Source: a virus. From it: a stretch of DNA of 64,000 nucleotides. Under the pieces are notes generated by a model, which saw nothing but the letters and a program-made list of their open reading frames with translations, was not told the DNA's origin and did not search any database. Both the position numbers and the translations under genes were made by a program. The DNA is taken from the IMG/VR virus record IMGVR_UViG_3300050821_013777, positions 32,001 to 96,000 of that record. The stretch is one strand, 5' to 3'. Positions 1 through 8,283 of this stretch are shown piece after piece; the stretch's first letter is position 1; the number at the start of each line of letters is the position of its first letter.

Positions 1-668
1 TGACGCAGAACGGACCCGGCGGACGCGGCTCCATCCCTGCGCTCGTGATGCGCACGGGTCTCATTCAACCGGTCGACCCGGCGAACGCGCGCCGCGACGT
101 CCAAGCGAACCACGTGCGCGATGTGACCCACTGGCCGACCGATCAGATTCCCTCGCCCGACGGCATGGATTCGCTGCCACCGGCGATGCCGATGTCGACC
201 GCGCCACAGATGACGCCGATCCCGGCGCCGTACAGCCCGCTGACGACTGCAGTCGCGCAGACCGTCGCGGCCGTGCCGCCGCAGCCGATCACCAACCTCT
301 CGCCCGGCCCGATGCCACGACGGGAGAGCGACCGGCACCACTGGCATCACCAGCATCGGCACGTGCACCCGATGGTCGCCGACATCCAGCGGCTGCATCC
401 CGGCGCGCGCTTGCACGGCGCCGACGACATCCTGCTCGGTGAGTGGAACGGCAAGCCGGTGGCGAAGTTCGAGATCGCTGCCTCGCCGCCCGCGAACGGT
501 GCACAGGGCGCCATCTACGCGCTCCGCGACGCCGCCCGCCATCTCGTGCAGAGCGGGCTCGCAGCGCTGCCGCCGGAGCTTGTCGGTGGTCCGCTCGCGG
601 CGCTCATGCGCGGCGGCGCCGTCGAGCTGCATTTTCAGAATGGGGTTGTCGCTCGAACGGCGCTCTGA
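1..668 (+). CDS. Pro-rich hypothetical protein, probably 5'-truncated by the window edge
   Basis: The frame of ORF 45..668 stays open to the window start; GC3-rich codons; first gene of the structural-looking operon. Confidence 0.6.
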   Translation, partial: TQNGPGGRGSIPALVMRTGLIQPVDPANARRDVQANHVRDVTHWPTDQIPSPDGMDSLPPAMPMSTAPQMTPIPAPYSPLTTAVAQTVAAVPPQPITNLSPGPMPRRESDRHHWHHQHRHVHPMVADIQRLHPGARLHGADDILLGEWNGKPVAKFEIAASPPANGAQGAIYALRDAARHLVQSGLAALPPELVGGPLAALMRGGAVELHFQNGVVARTAL

Positions 669-706
669 CCCCCAACCCACACCAACACGACAGCAAGGAG
701 ATCGAG

Positions 707-817
707 ATGGCCAAGAAGAGGAAGTGCCGGTACGGCGTCAACAAGATCAAGGGGACCTGCCTCAAGCACAAGCGCACGGGCTTGAGCGGCTCGCGTCACC
801 GTCGCAAGCGGCGCTAG
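707..817 (+). CDS. 36-aa highly basic protein (MAKKRKCRYG...GLSGSRHRRKRR), putative DNA-binding core protein
   Basis: SD AAGGAG upstream of ATG 707; Arg/Lys-rich; carries the LSG-polybasic tail seen in the 51-56 kb array. Confidence 0.65.
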   Translation: MAKKRKCRYGVNKIKGTCLKHKRTGLSGSRHRRKRR

Positions 818-865
818 TTCCACCCCACCACACCCAAAACCACAACCCCAACAAAGGAACACATC

Positions 866-1402
866 ATGGCTCGACACAGGTTCCGCGGGTTCGGTGACGG
901 CGGGGGAAATCCCGCCATCGCTGGTCCGCTCATCGGCGGCGGTGCCACGCAGATCGGCATCATGCTCGCTCACCTGCACGCGAAGAAGAATCCGGCGGCT
1001 CTCCGGCACTCGGGGATTCACGGGCTCGTCCTCGGCGGTCTCGTGGGCGGCGCGCTGGCGTTCACCCACAAGCATCGGCAGACGGGCATCAGCGCGCTCG
1101 TCACCGTCGGCATCATCACGCTGCCCCGCATCCTGGAGGGCTTCATGGGCCTCGGTCATCGCGACGAGACCATGAAAGGCTACGAGCTGGGGATCATCAC
1201 GCCCCAGGCGTACGAGGCTCTCTCGGGCGCAGGCGACGAGGCCGCTGTCCAGATCATGGACTCGGGCTCGGGCTCGACCGGAATGCTCGGAACGCACGTC
1301 GCGGAGGAAATCCATCCGATGGCGGGCGCGGGCGGCGCGGGCGAGTACGTCGAGATGCTCGGCAGCTCGGGCTTCGGCTCGAACTTCCTCAGCGCGCAGT
1401 AG
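866..1402 (+). CDS. putative virion membrane protein (3 hydrophobic Gly-rich segments)
   Basis: SD AAAGGAA; hydrophobic segments; GFG/GLG motifs; lies directly upstream of the putative capsid gene. Confidence 0.65.
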   Translation: MARHRFRGFGDGGGNPAIAGPLIGGGATQIGIMLAHLHAKKNPAALRHSGIHGLVLGGLVGGALAFTHKHRQTGISALVTVGIITLPRILEGFMGLGHRDETMKGYELGIITPQAYEALSGAGDEAAVQIMDSGSGSTGMLGTHVAEEIHPMAGAGGAGEYVEMLGSSGFGSNFLSAQ

Positions 1403-1528
1403 GCGCGATCGATTTTTCTGTGCGTCCGGCGAGCCGCTGCTCCGGCGCAGGTGACCAACTTCGGCGGCAAACCCACAAAGAGGGGGACCACACCGGCTAA
1501 GCCGACCCCCCTCGAAGGAACAACTCAG

Positions 1529-2622
1529 ATGGCAAATACCGGCACACTGACTGTGCGAGTTCGGGGGGTTCCGTTCCCCATCGAGTTCGCGGACTGGACC
1601 CACGACCGCCTCTACGCCACCGTCGAGTTCGAAGGAACCGACAGCCAGGTGATCCAGGCGTTCATCGGCGCGCAGGGCGCCACGATCCCGGGCGGCGCGC
1701 GCACGCTGACCTCGGTGGACACCAACATCCCGCGCTCGGGTGACACCGGGTTGCAGGAGGGTTGGGAGATGCTGATCTACAGCATCCAGATCCAGATCGA
1801 CCGCGAGATGGCGCGCAATGCGTCCCAGCAGTTCTTCCAGCTGCAGGACCAGACCAACGTGGGCGGCGCGACGCAGTTCAGCCGCAACGTCCACCTCGGG
1901 GGCTACGACCCCAGCAACACCGCGGGCGGCGTGCTCTTCGACTTCCTCCGGAAGACCTACCACAAGTTCCAGGTCAACCAGAAGGTCCAGTCGGAGGGCC
2001 CGGTGTCCAAGTACCCGCAGGGGTCGGGCATCTCGGTCTTCGGCACCACGACGAACCTGGAGAACGCGAACAACGGCTTGCCGTCGCCGCGTGACCAGTC
2101 GGCGTTCGTGCTGCCGATCTGGCTCCGCCCGAACATCGCGTACGTGGCGCTCCTCGCGCCACAGGCGACGCTCGGCATCGGCGGCGCCTCGGTCGCGTCG
2201 GGCCCGCCGTTCCCGACGGTCGAGGGCTACTTCGACTGGTCGTCGATCCCGGCGACCAACATCGGGTTCGACGTGAAGGAGACCTTGGAGGGTCAGGAAG
2301 GCCCCCTCAACTAGCGATAGTTGAGTGAAGAACTCGGTGAATTGCTGGAAACTCCTTAAGCCATGAACACCACAACGCAGCCGAAAACGGCAATCGTGAC
2401 GGTTCGAAAAGTTCACGGATTGGACAATCAGCAGCCAAGCCTCACTCGCGTGGGGAAGGTTCAGAGACTAGGGGGCAACCCCGTAGGGTCCAAGCGGATC
2501 CGAAGTGCCGAGCACCTGTTCGCAGGTGGTGATGTAGTCCGACCTGAATCGAAAGATTCAGAGGTGTGCTGGAAGCGAGCACACCGCAACGTGGCCAGCT
2601 TCTGCGCCGCCCCGTCGTCTGA
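1529..2622 (+). CDS. putative large major capsid protein (single jelly-roll type), spliced: exons 1529-2293 and 2599-2622, about 262 aa ending ...ETLEG|LLRRPVV
   Basis: SD GAAGGA before ATG 1529; strongly biased codons; beta-strand-rich sequence; in-frame splicing restores the C-terminus. The capsid function is inferred from size, composition and context. Confidence 0.6.
2294..2598 (+). ncRNA. group I self-splicing intron, no internal ORF (305 nt)
   Basis: P AATTGCTGGAAA 2340-2351, Q AATCAGCAGC 2426-2435, R GTTCAGAGACTA 2459-2470, S GATGTAGTCC 2531-2540; P1 U2293-G2301 wobble; P2 CTCAACTA-GCGA-TAGTTGAG; P3 CTCGG/CCGAG; P7 GACTA/TAGTC; P8 and P9 hairpins; terminal G2598; P10 pairing of exon-2 CTTC with GAAG. 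Confidence 0.92.
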
Positions 2623-2655
2623 TCGAGAGCTGAACTAGGCTCGATCCGAACGACA

Positions 2656-2700
2656 AGAAAACCCCCGACGCTCGAAAGAGTGTCGGGGGTTTTCTCTTTT
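2656..2700. terminator. bidirectional intrinsic terminator
   Basis: AGAAAACCCCCGACGCTC-GAAA-GAGTGTCGGGGGTTTTCT with T-tract, between convergent genes. Confidence 0.85.
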
Positions 2701-4009
2701 ACAGCCCATTCATCCCAGGTGGATACGGGACGCCTTTTTTACCGAACAGTTCGGGGTGCTCTTCTTGTAGATGTCGTGCGAGTTGTACGGCGTGCTTGTA
2801 GCGTCTCCACCCAGCGACGATCGCGACGCCTTGCTCAGTCAGCTGGCCGTTCTTCAGCAGACCCCAGCGGCCGAACGCACCTACTGGCGCGCGTACTCCT
2901 CGATCTACTTCGTCAAGACGTTCAGCACGCTCGCCGAACGCGAGAAGTAGTCGAACGCGGTTCATGGAGTGGACGAAGGCCCTTGCGTCGAGGAGCTGCA
3001 GCATCTCTCCGGCGCGCAGTGTGATGTGCGTGCCTTCATCAGTGTTTCGATGGTAGCTGCCTGCCTCGAAGGTCCAGCCGAACGCCTCAGCGAGCGCACG
3101 CTTGACAACTCGGTGCTCAGCGGCGTGCCCTGCGAGACGCAAGTCCTTGCTATTCTTTCCGTCTACGAACGCCCCGTCCCCGTCTAGCCATCCGAGCGCG
3201 AATTCTCGTGCAGCGTCGGGTGAAGGGAACGGCGCAGCGAAGATCTGCGCAAGCGCGACGCGCGCTATCCGCAGCAGCGGGCTCGACTTCCGCACGTGAA
3301 TGATGCCAGCATTTTCGCCTCGTCCAGGTGCGCGAGCGCGCTCGGCTACAATCTCGACGCCAAGAGCCTCATACTTCTGGCGCGCGTGCACAGCAGGTTC
3401 GTCCCAGGCGTGCAGCACCTCCAGCGAAAGTCGTGATCGGGGCAGCCCCCACTGGGCGAGCAAATCAATCGCGTGAGCCAGCAGTAGTGGGTTCGTGTTC
3501 GCAAAGGTGAAGTCGACGGCCTCTTGCCCCTTCGTTCCCTCAGCCTGCCAGAGACCTAGCACACGATAGACGGCCAGTGGTGGCGGAACACGGGTCAGCT
3601 CGAACGGCGGCTCGTGCTGGTTCCAGATCGACAGGGCCCCCCCTGCACCATCGACGGGAAAGTAGCTCTCGTGCGTGACATGTGGCAGCCAGTCGAAAGC
3701 ACTGTCTGCTCGGGGCCGCGCAGCGTACGGCTCGGCGCTCTCCGCCTCGACGTGCAGTACGGTGCCGCGCTCGATCCCCGGCGCGCAGTATCGCGGCAGC
3801 GTGACATCGACGGACGCCCGCGACGGCGGCCGGCGGGCGTACGCGAAGAATGGCGTGCTGCTGTTCACACGCAGACGCAGCCACCCTGGCGCCTGAAACG
3901 TCCCATCGAGCGTCCTGTATTCAGCGGGTATTGTCATGCAAGGCGACGTCCCCGTACCAACATTCGCTTTCTTTCCCTGGAAATACGCGACGACGCTGAA
4001 CTTGACCAT
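2699..4009 (-). CDS. free-standing double-motif LAGLIDADG homing endonuclease
   Basis: Motifs YRVLGLWQAEGTK and FALGWLDGDGAF, with FANTNPLL after the first; antisense insertion between the two putative capsid genes. Confidence 0.75.
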   Translation of the reverse strand: MVKFSVVAYFQGKKANVGTGTSPCMTIPAEYRTLDGTFQAPGWLRLRVNSSTPFFAYARRPPSRASVDVTLPRYCAPGIERGTVLHVEAESAEPYAARPRADSAFDWLPHVTHESYFPVDGAGGALSIWNQHEPPFELTRVPPPLAVYRVLGLWQAEGTKGQEAVDFTFANTNPLLLAHAIDLLAQWGLPRSRLSLEVLHAWDEPAVHARQKYEALGVEIVAERARAPGRGENAGIIHVRKSSPLLRIARVALAQIFAAPFPSPDAAREFALGWLDGDGAFVDGKNSKDLRLAGHAAEHRVVKRALAEAFGWTFEAGSYHRNTDEGTHITLRAGEMLQLLDARAFVHSMNRVRLLLAFGERAERLDEVDRGVRAPVGAFGRWGLLKNGQLTEQGVAIVAGWRRYKHAVQLARHLQEEHPELFGKKGVPYPPGMNGL

Positions 4010-4092
4010 TTGAAGGTAAGTTTAGCACCGCCGTCAATCGCCCGTCTGTGGTCGATTACACGAAGCTGGCTTTCCGGAGCAGTCGGGCCAGT

Positions 4093-4130
4093 TTGCCTTC
4101 CACCCCGCACCCGTCCTATCATCGCTTTCT
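4093..4130 (+). promoter_or_regulatory. sigma70-like promoter, leaderless or near-leaderless
   Basis: TTGCCT-18 nt-TATCAT, 8 nt before ATG 4131; no SD. Confidence 0.55.
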
Positions 4131-4625
4131 ATGAGCGTCGGCGACATCTCTCCTGGTCTCGAAGCGATGATGGTCCAGCTCGGGCCGTGGATTCACCACA
4201 TCAAGGCGGCCCTCGATCCGCTGCTCGGGCAGCCGATCATCCGCATGCCCTATTCGCTGCCGCTCGCGCAGGCGCAGGTCATCCCGCCGGGTGGACAGAA
4301 CGTCGTGCTCAACTCGACGTCGTTCACCTTCAACCTCGAATGGCCGATGGAAGTGCACGAGGTGAAGTTCTCGCAGGACATCGCGCACACCTACCGCGAC
4401 TGGCAGGTGTACATCCAGGATCAGACGTTCAACCAGCCGCTGCAGAAGAACGCGTCGTCGGTGGCCGATCTCGTCGACGACAACACCGGCAAGTGGGTCT
4501 GGCGGTTTCCCTGGACGATTCGTCCGAAGGGTGGCGCGATGAACGTGGCCGTGAACAACCTCGACACGGTGAACCCGATCACCGTCGACATGTCGTTCCT
4601 CGGCTTCCTGATGATCCCACGGTAG
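4131..4625 (+). CDS. putative small major capsid protein (single jelly-roll, 164 aa)
   Basis: Alternating beta-strand pattern ending ...MNVAVNNLD...ITVDMSFLGF; biased codons; size comparable to small SJR capsid proteins. Function inferred. Confidence 0.55.
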   Translation: MSVGDISPGLEAMMVQLGPWIHHIKAALDPLLGQPIIRMPYSLPLAQAQVIPPGGQNVVLNSTSFTFNLEWPMEVHEVKFSQDIAHTYRDWQVYIQDQTFNQPLQKNASSVADLVDDNTGKWVWRFPWTIRPKGGAMNVAVNNLDTVNPITVDMSFLGFLMIPR

Positions 4626-4630
4626 TCGCG

Positions 4631-5092
4631 ATGGCCGAAGGCCGTTCATTCTCTGAGCTGGCAGGCAGTGGGGTCCTTGGCGGCCCGCGCGCGGGCTCGC
4701 GCTCGACACCGAACCAGGTCCCCACACCGAACTCCGAGCCGCTCGGCGCGAAGACGGGTGCACCGCCACGCGTGCGCTTCTACTCGACGAAGATCATCCC
4801 ATTTACTGCGATCGGCGTGCGGGGCGCTGAGCCGACGCAGATCATTCCGCCGACGCCGCCAAATCGTCTCATCACGCTGACCGCACCGTTCGTCGGGTTC
4901 ACGATCTACATCGGCGACTCGGGCGTCTCTCCTACCACTGGACTGGCACTGCCGCCGGGCCGTGACTATCAGGCGCAGCTGGTCGGTCTGCAGGAACTGT
5001 ACGCTGTGACGGACGCACCCATCTATATGACGCTGCAGATTCAAGTGTCGCCGATCCTGTTCGCGGAGCGTGAGCGAAAGACCGAGCTGTAG
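4631..5092 (+). CDS. putative penton/spike-base beta-sandwich protein
   Basis: ATG 4631 just after the previous stop; motif TIYIGDSGVSPTTGLALPPG...LYAV typical of small viral beta-sandwich structural proteins. Confidence 0.5.
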   Translation: MAEGRSFSELAGSGVLGGPRAGSRSTPNQVPTPNSEPLGAKTGAPPRVRFYSTKIIPFTAIGVRGAEPTQIIPPTPPNRLITLTAPFVGFTIYIGDSGVSPTTGLALPPGRDYQAQLVGLQELYAVTDAPIYMTLQIQVSPILFAERERKTEL

Positions 5093-5104
5093 GAGCGCAC
5101 GCAG

Positions 5105-5692
5105 GTGATCCCCCTGGCGTTGCTCGCGATGACGGGACTGATCGTCGCGGCCTACAAACTGACGAACGACCACAATCTCGCGCGCATCGCTGCTGGCACA
5201 GGGCTGCCGCTGCAGTACGTACAGTTCGCGGCGAAGGCAGCCCACGCGAATGGGGTGCCGCTCGAATGGGTCCTGGCGACGATCATCGTCGAGTCGAAGG
5301 GAAACCCTCGTGCTCGCGGCGACGCTGGCGGAAAATCTGTAGGATTGATGCAGGTCAACGTCGTGGCGAACGCAAAGGTTCTGGCGAACGCGGGTGTGAC
5401 TTCCACACAGATGTTCGATCCGGCTACGAATATCCGCATCGGCACACAACTACTCGCCGGGTTCAAACAGCGCGTACTTGATGCGCTCGTCGGCCACGCA
5501 CCGTCGCTACCACTCGACGAGTTGACTCGCCTCGAATACAAGGGGCCAAAGTCCATCGAAGGTGCCATCCGAAGTGGCAGGAACCCGCTCACGGCGTATC
5601 CTGACGCGCCACAGGCCGTTACGCGTTGGCGAGAGGCGCTTGCGACGGTCCGAGCAGCAGCTGGACCGCAGACGATTCGCGTCTTCTCGTAG
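5105..5692 (+). CDS. lytic transglycosylase (SLT domain) with N-terminal membrane anchor
   Basis: Catalytic VES, GLMQV and FDPATNIRIG motifs. Confidence 0.9.
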   Translation: MIPLALLAMTGLIVAAYKLTNDHNLARIAAGTGLPLQYVQFAAKAAHANGVPLEWVLATIIVESKGNPRARGDAGGKSVGLMQVNVVANAKVLANAGVTSTQMFDPATNIRIGTQLLAGFKQRVLDALVGHAPSLPLDELTRLEYKGPKSIEGAIRSGRNPLTAYPDAPQAVTRWREALATVRAAAGPQTIRVFS

Positions 5693-5881
5693 AGGGGTCG
5701 CGGCTCCGGCGGCGCATCGCGTGTACCGCCGGAGCTACTGTTTCCCCGCGGTACTGTCTTCTGCCACTTCTTCGAGTGGTGGCAGTCTCCGGGGCGACGA
5801 TTTGAGCGCGGCCGAGACGTAGACTACCACGGCCGGGCGCTTTTGACCCCGGCTGCCCCCCTGGTGTAGCCTGATCGCACG

Positions 5882-6349
5882 ATGATCGTCCGCACGTACG
5901 TGGTCAAGATGCCGACTGCCGTGTCCACGGTGCCGCTGGACATCCTGGTGCAGAACAACCCTGGCTCGCAGTCCGCACCTGTCGTGGCTGGCAGCGACGG
6001 CGCCTACTACGAGGTGCTCGGCCGCCCGTTTCGCATCCCCGTGCTCGCATCTGCAGGGCAGGCCGGTGGCTTCGTCTCGCCACTGCGTCTCGGCTTCTCG
6101 ATCGCGATCACTCCATACGCGGCGGCCATCTCGGCAGCTGTGCCGGGCGCGCAGCTCTCAGCGTCGCTCGCGAGCTTGTCGAGCACGGATGCAGGTCCGT
6201 CGATCGCGCTACCCGCGTTTCCTGATCCGGCTGGCGGCCCGTCGCTGCGCCTCGTGGGTGGCATCGCGACGGCAGGATTGTTCTTCATCGTGTCGCTGTT
6301 CGTGGCCGAAGCCAAAGACGCTGATCGATCGGGGACGTCGGGGAGCTGA
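5882..6349 (+). CDS. hypothetical, probable virion protein
   Basis: Promoter TTGACC-18-TAGCCT upstream; TGATG coupling to the next gene. Confidence 0.6.
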   Translation: MIVRTYVVKMPTAVSTVPLDILVQNNPGSQSAPVVAGSDGAYYEVLGRPFRIPVLASAGQAGGFVSPLRLGFSIAITPYAAAISAAVPGAQLSASLASLSSTDAGPSIALPAFPDPAGGPSLRLVGGIATAGLFFIVSLFVAEAKDADRSGTSGS

Positions 6350-6798
6350 TGATCTCCTCGAACCTCGGCGCCGGCTACGCGCTCGTCACGTACCCTCCGG
6401 ACTGGAACCCGAACGAGGGGGGCGGCCCAGTTCGCCGCGCGCCTGGCTCGAACGTCGAGGTCGCGCACGCCGGCAACACCGTGTACCGCACGCCGAACAC
6501 GAACGTCATCGAGGCAGAGCCCGGCGCGCGCTGGCCGGGTGACCTCTCGAAGATGATGTTCCTGCCCGACGGCCGTCTCGTACCGGCGACGGCCGCTGCC
6601 TACGATATGTTCCGCGGCGCAGATGATCCGTTCGTACGTGGCAAGTTCAGTGTGAAGGTCAAGCGCTCGATCGGCGCGAGCGTGGTGGCGATCGTCGGCG
6701 CCGGCTTCGGTGCGGCGCTGGCGCCCAGCGACCGACGCGTGGCGGGCACGGTGGTGGGTGCAGTCGCCGGAGGAATCCTCGGGCTGATCTTCGGGTAG
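6349..6798 (+). CDS. membrane protein with C-terminal glycine-zipper helices
   Basis: VVAIVGAGFGAAL and VVGAVAGGILGLIFG. Confidence 0.65.
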   Translation: MISSNLGAGYALVTYPPDWNPNEGGGPVRRAPGSNVEVAHAGNTVYRTPNTNVIEAEPGARWPGDLSKMMFLPDGRLVPATAAAYDMFRGADDPFVRGKFSVKVKRSIGASVVAIVGAGFGAALAPSDRRVAGTVVGAVAGGILGLIFG

Positions 6799-6802
6799 AG
6801 CG

Positions 6803-6973
6803 ATGGTCACGCTCGCGCGCCCCCTCGGTTCATTCTCCGCCGACGCCAGGACCGCAGTCCAACAGGCGCCAGGGTACTTCATGGCCTGGTACACGGTGAA
6901 GTCGGTTGGCCTCTGTGTCGCCGTCGCAGCGCTGGCGTTCGTGATCGGGAGAGCAGGACGCAAATGTTCCTAG
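6803..6973 (+). CDS. 56-aa single-TM protein (not in ORF track)
   Basis: MVTLARPLGSF...VGLCVAVAALAFVIGRAGRKCS fills the gap between neighbouring genes. Confidence 0.55.
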   Translation: MVTLARPLGSFSADARTAVQQAPGYFMAWYTVKSVGLCVAVAALAFVIGRAGRKCS

Positions 6974-7668
6974 ACGACGCCGGCCGCCAGCTCATGGCCG
7001 AGCGTAACGGCGAGCACGCGAACGCCAGCGTGCAGCTTCTCGGGCCTCCGAAGCCCACCGGTGCCGATGCACAGCAGGCGGCCGCACTGCTCGCGCCGAT
7101 GCAGACGAACCGCCAGGCGCGGATGGTGCTCGGCGTCGTCGCGCAGTACCTGCAGCAGGGCTACCAGACCGCAGCGACCGTGCCATCGTTTATCTCGCCG
7201 ATCGACGGCACGTCCATCGCGTCGAAGGCGATGATCTCGCTGCTCGACACGGACAACCGCTACGCGATGCGCGTCTACGCTGGGCTGCCGGACAACGACG
7301 CGCCGGTGAGCCCGCTCGATCGCAAGAAGGTTGCGCTGGCCGTGACACAGGCGCTGTCGAGCACAAAGCTCGTGAGCACTGAGGCGGCCGATCTGAACCG
7401 CGGGCTCGTCGGTTCGCTGATCGATCTGTTCAAAGAGGGGCTGCAGAAGCTCGCGACTGACGCGGCCCACAACCCGCTCGCGGCGCTCAAGTGGGCCGGC
7501 GTTGGGCTGGCGGTGCTCATCGGGCTCTTCATCGCTGGCAAGCTCGTGCACACGATCGCGTTCGGCGGCGCTGGGCACGGTGGAGAGGCCGATGCGCTGC
7601 TCGAAGCTGAGGAGGCGGCCGTGGCCATCATGGGTGCCAGGTTGCGCAAGCCCCGCCGCAAGCGTTAG
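6964..7668 (+). CDS. membrane protein with basic C-terminal tail
   Basis: TM segment WAGVGLAVLIGLFIAG; ends MGARLRKPRRKR. Confidence 0.65.
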   Translation: MFLDDAGRQLMAERNGEHANASVQLLGPPKPTGADAQQAAALLAPMQTNRQARMVLGVVAQYLQQGYQTAATVPSFISPIDGTSIASKAMISLLDTDNRYAMRVYAGLPDNDAPVSPLDRKKVALAVTQALSSTKLVSTEAADLNRGLVGSLIDLFKEGLQKLATDAAHNPLAALKWAGVGLAVLIGLFIAGKLVHTIAFGGAGHGGEADALLEAEEAAVAIMGARLRKPRRKR

Positions 7669-7677
7669 AATTCTGGC

Positions 7678-7860
7678 ATGATCGGTCAAGCACCACCCCC
7701 CAAGAGCAACGCGGGCCTCGCAGCGGCCATCTTCGGCGGCTTGGCAGCGGTCGGCGGCATCGCGGCGGCGGCCTACGTGTCGCGGCCGAAGCCCGCGACG
7801 GGCCCGAAGCTGAGCGGGCCGCGGTTCAAGCAGAAGAAGCCCTGCGGCTGCGGGCGCTGA
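7678..7860 (+). CDS. small TM protein ending KLSGPRFKQKKPCGCGR
   Basis: Leaderless promoter TTGCGC-18-TAGAAT-6-ATG; one hydrophobic helix. Confidence 0.65.
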   Translation: MIGQAPPPKSNAGLAAAIFGGLAAVGGIAAAAYVSRPKPATGPKLSGPRFKQKKPCGCGR

Positions 7861-8071
7861 TGAATCCTGAGCTATCAGCGTTTTTTGCGTCTACGCGGCG
7901 CTGCGCCACCAAGACAGAACTTGTTGATCTGCTTGTTGATGACCCATCCCTTGTGGCGATGGAACGTTCGGATCGTGCCGTCCCTTCCTTGTCGCGCCGG
8001 AATCGATCCACACCGCCACTTCTTTGGTACTCCGGGTCTCATGTGACGAATTTACAGGTTCGAGCGGAAAA

Positions 8072-8179
8072 ATGAAAACCTGCTGGTGGGTAGTGCACAA
8101 CCTGCTCGCCCACCCACTGCTGGTTATTTGGCCGCGTGCAGGTCGTAGACTGCACGACTGGAGTGCATTCAAGATGTGA
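8072..8179 (+). CDS. 35-aa protein MKTCWWVVHNLLAHPLL...LHDWS
   Basis: Open frame with an HN..AHPL...LHD motif that I recall from small phage proteins. Confidence 0.45.
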   Translation: MKTCWWVVHNLLAHPLLVIWPRAGRRLHDWSAFKM

Positions 8180-8283
8180 GCTGGGTCTTTAAAAACGCTG
8201 GAGGTCGAGGCCCTGCGCAATCGTACTGCGCAGGTAAACAGGAGGATTATCTCCCTAGCTCCTAAAGGCGGTCTGAATGGAGT

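Noticed and set aside
1466-1510. GGCAAACC...GGGAC...CCGGCTAA upstream of the capsid gene resembles a c-di-GMP-I riboswitch
   Set aside because: It lacks the GNRA-capped P2 stem, the GACGCAAA junction and a convincing P1/P3; probably chance.
635-2416. 593-aa minus-strand ORF and similar long antisense ORFs (e.g. 6007-6963, 26493-27005, 56812-58209)
   Set aside because: Shadow ORFs of GC3-rich genes on the opposite strand.
2363-2638. 91-aa ORF in the ORF track
   Set aside because: It lies across the conserved intron core, has no nuclease motifs and is likely spurious.
3614-4630. Upstream part of the 492-aa ORF 3614..5092
   Set aside because: It overlaps the LAGLIDADG and small capsid genes; the real gene starts at 4631.
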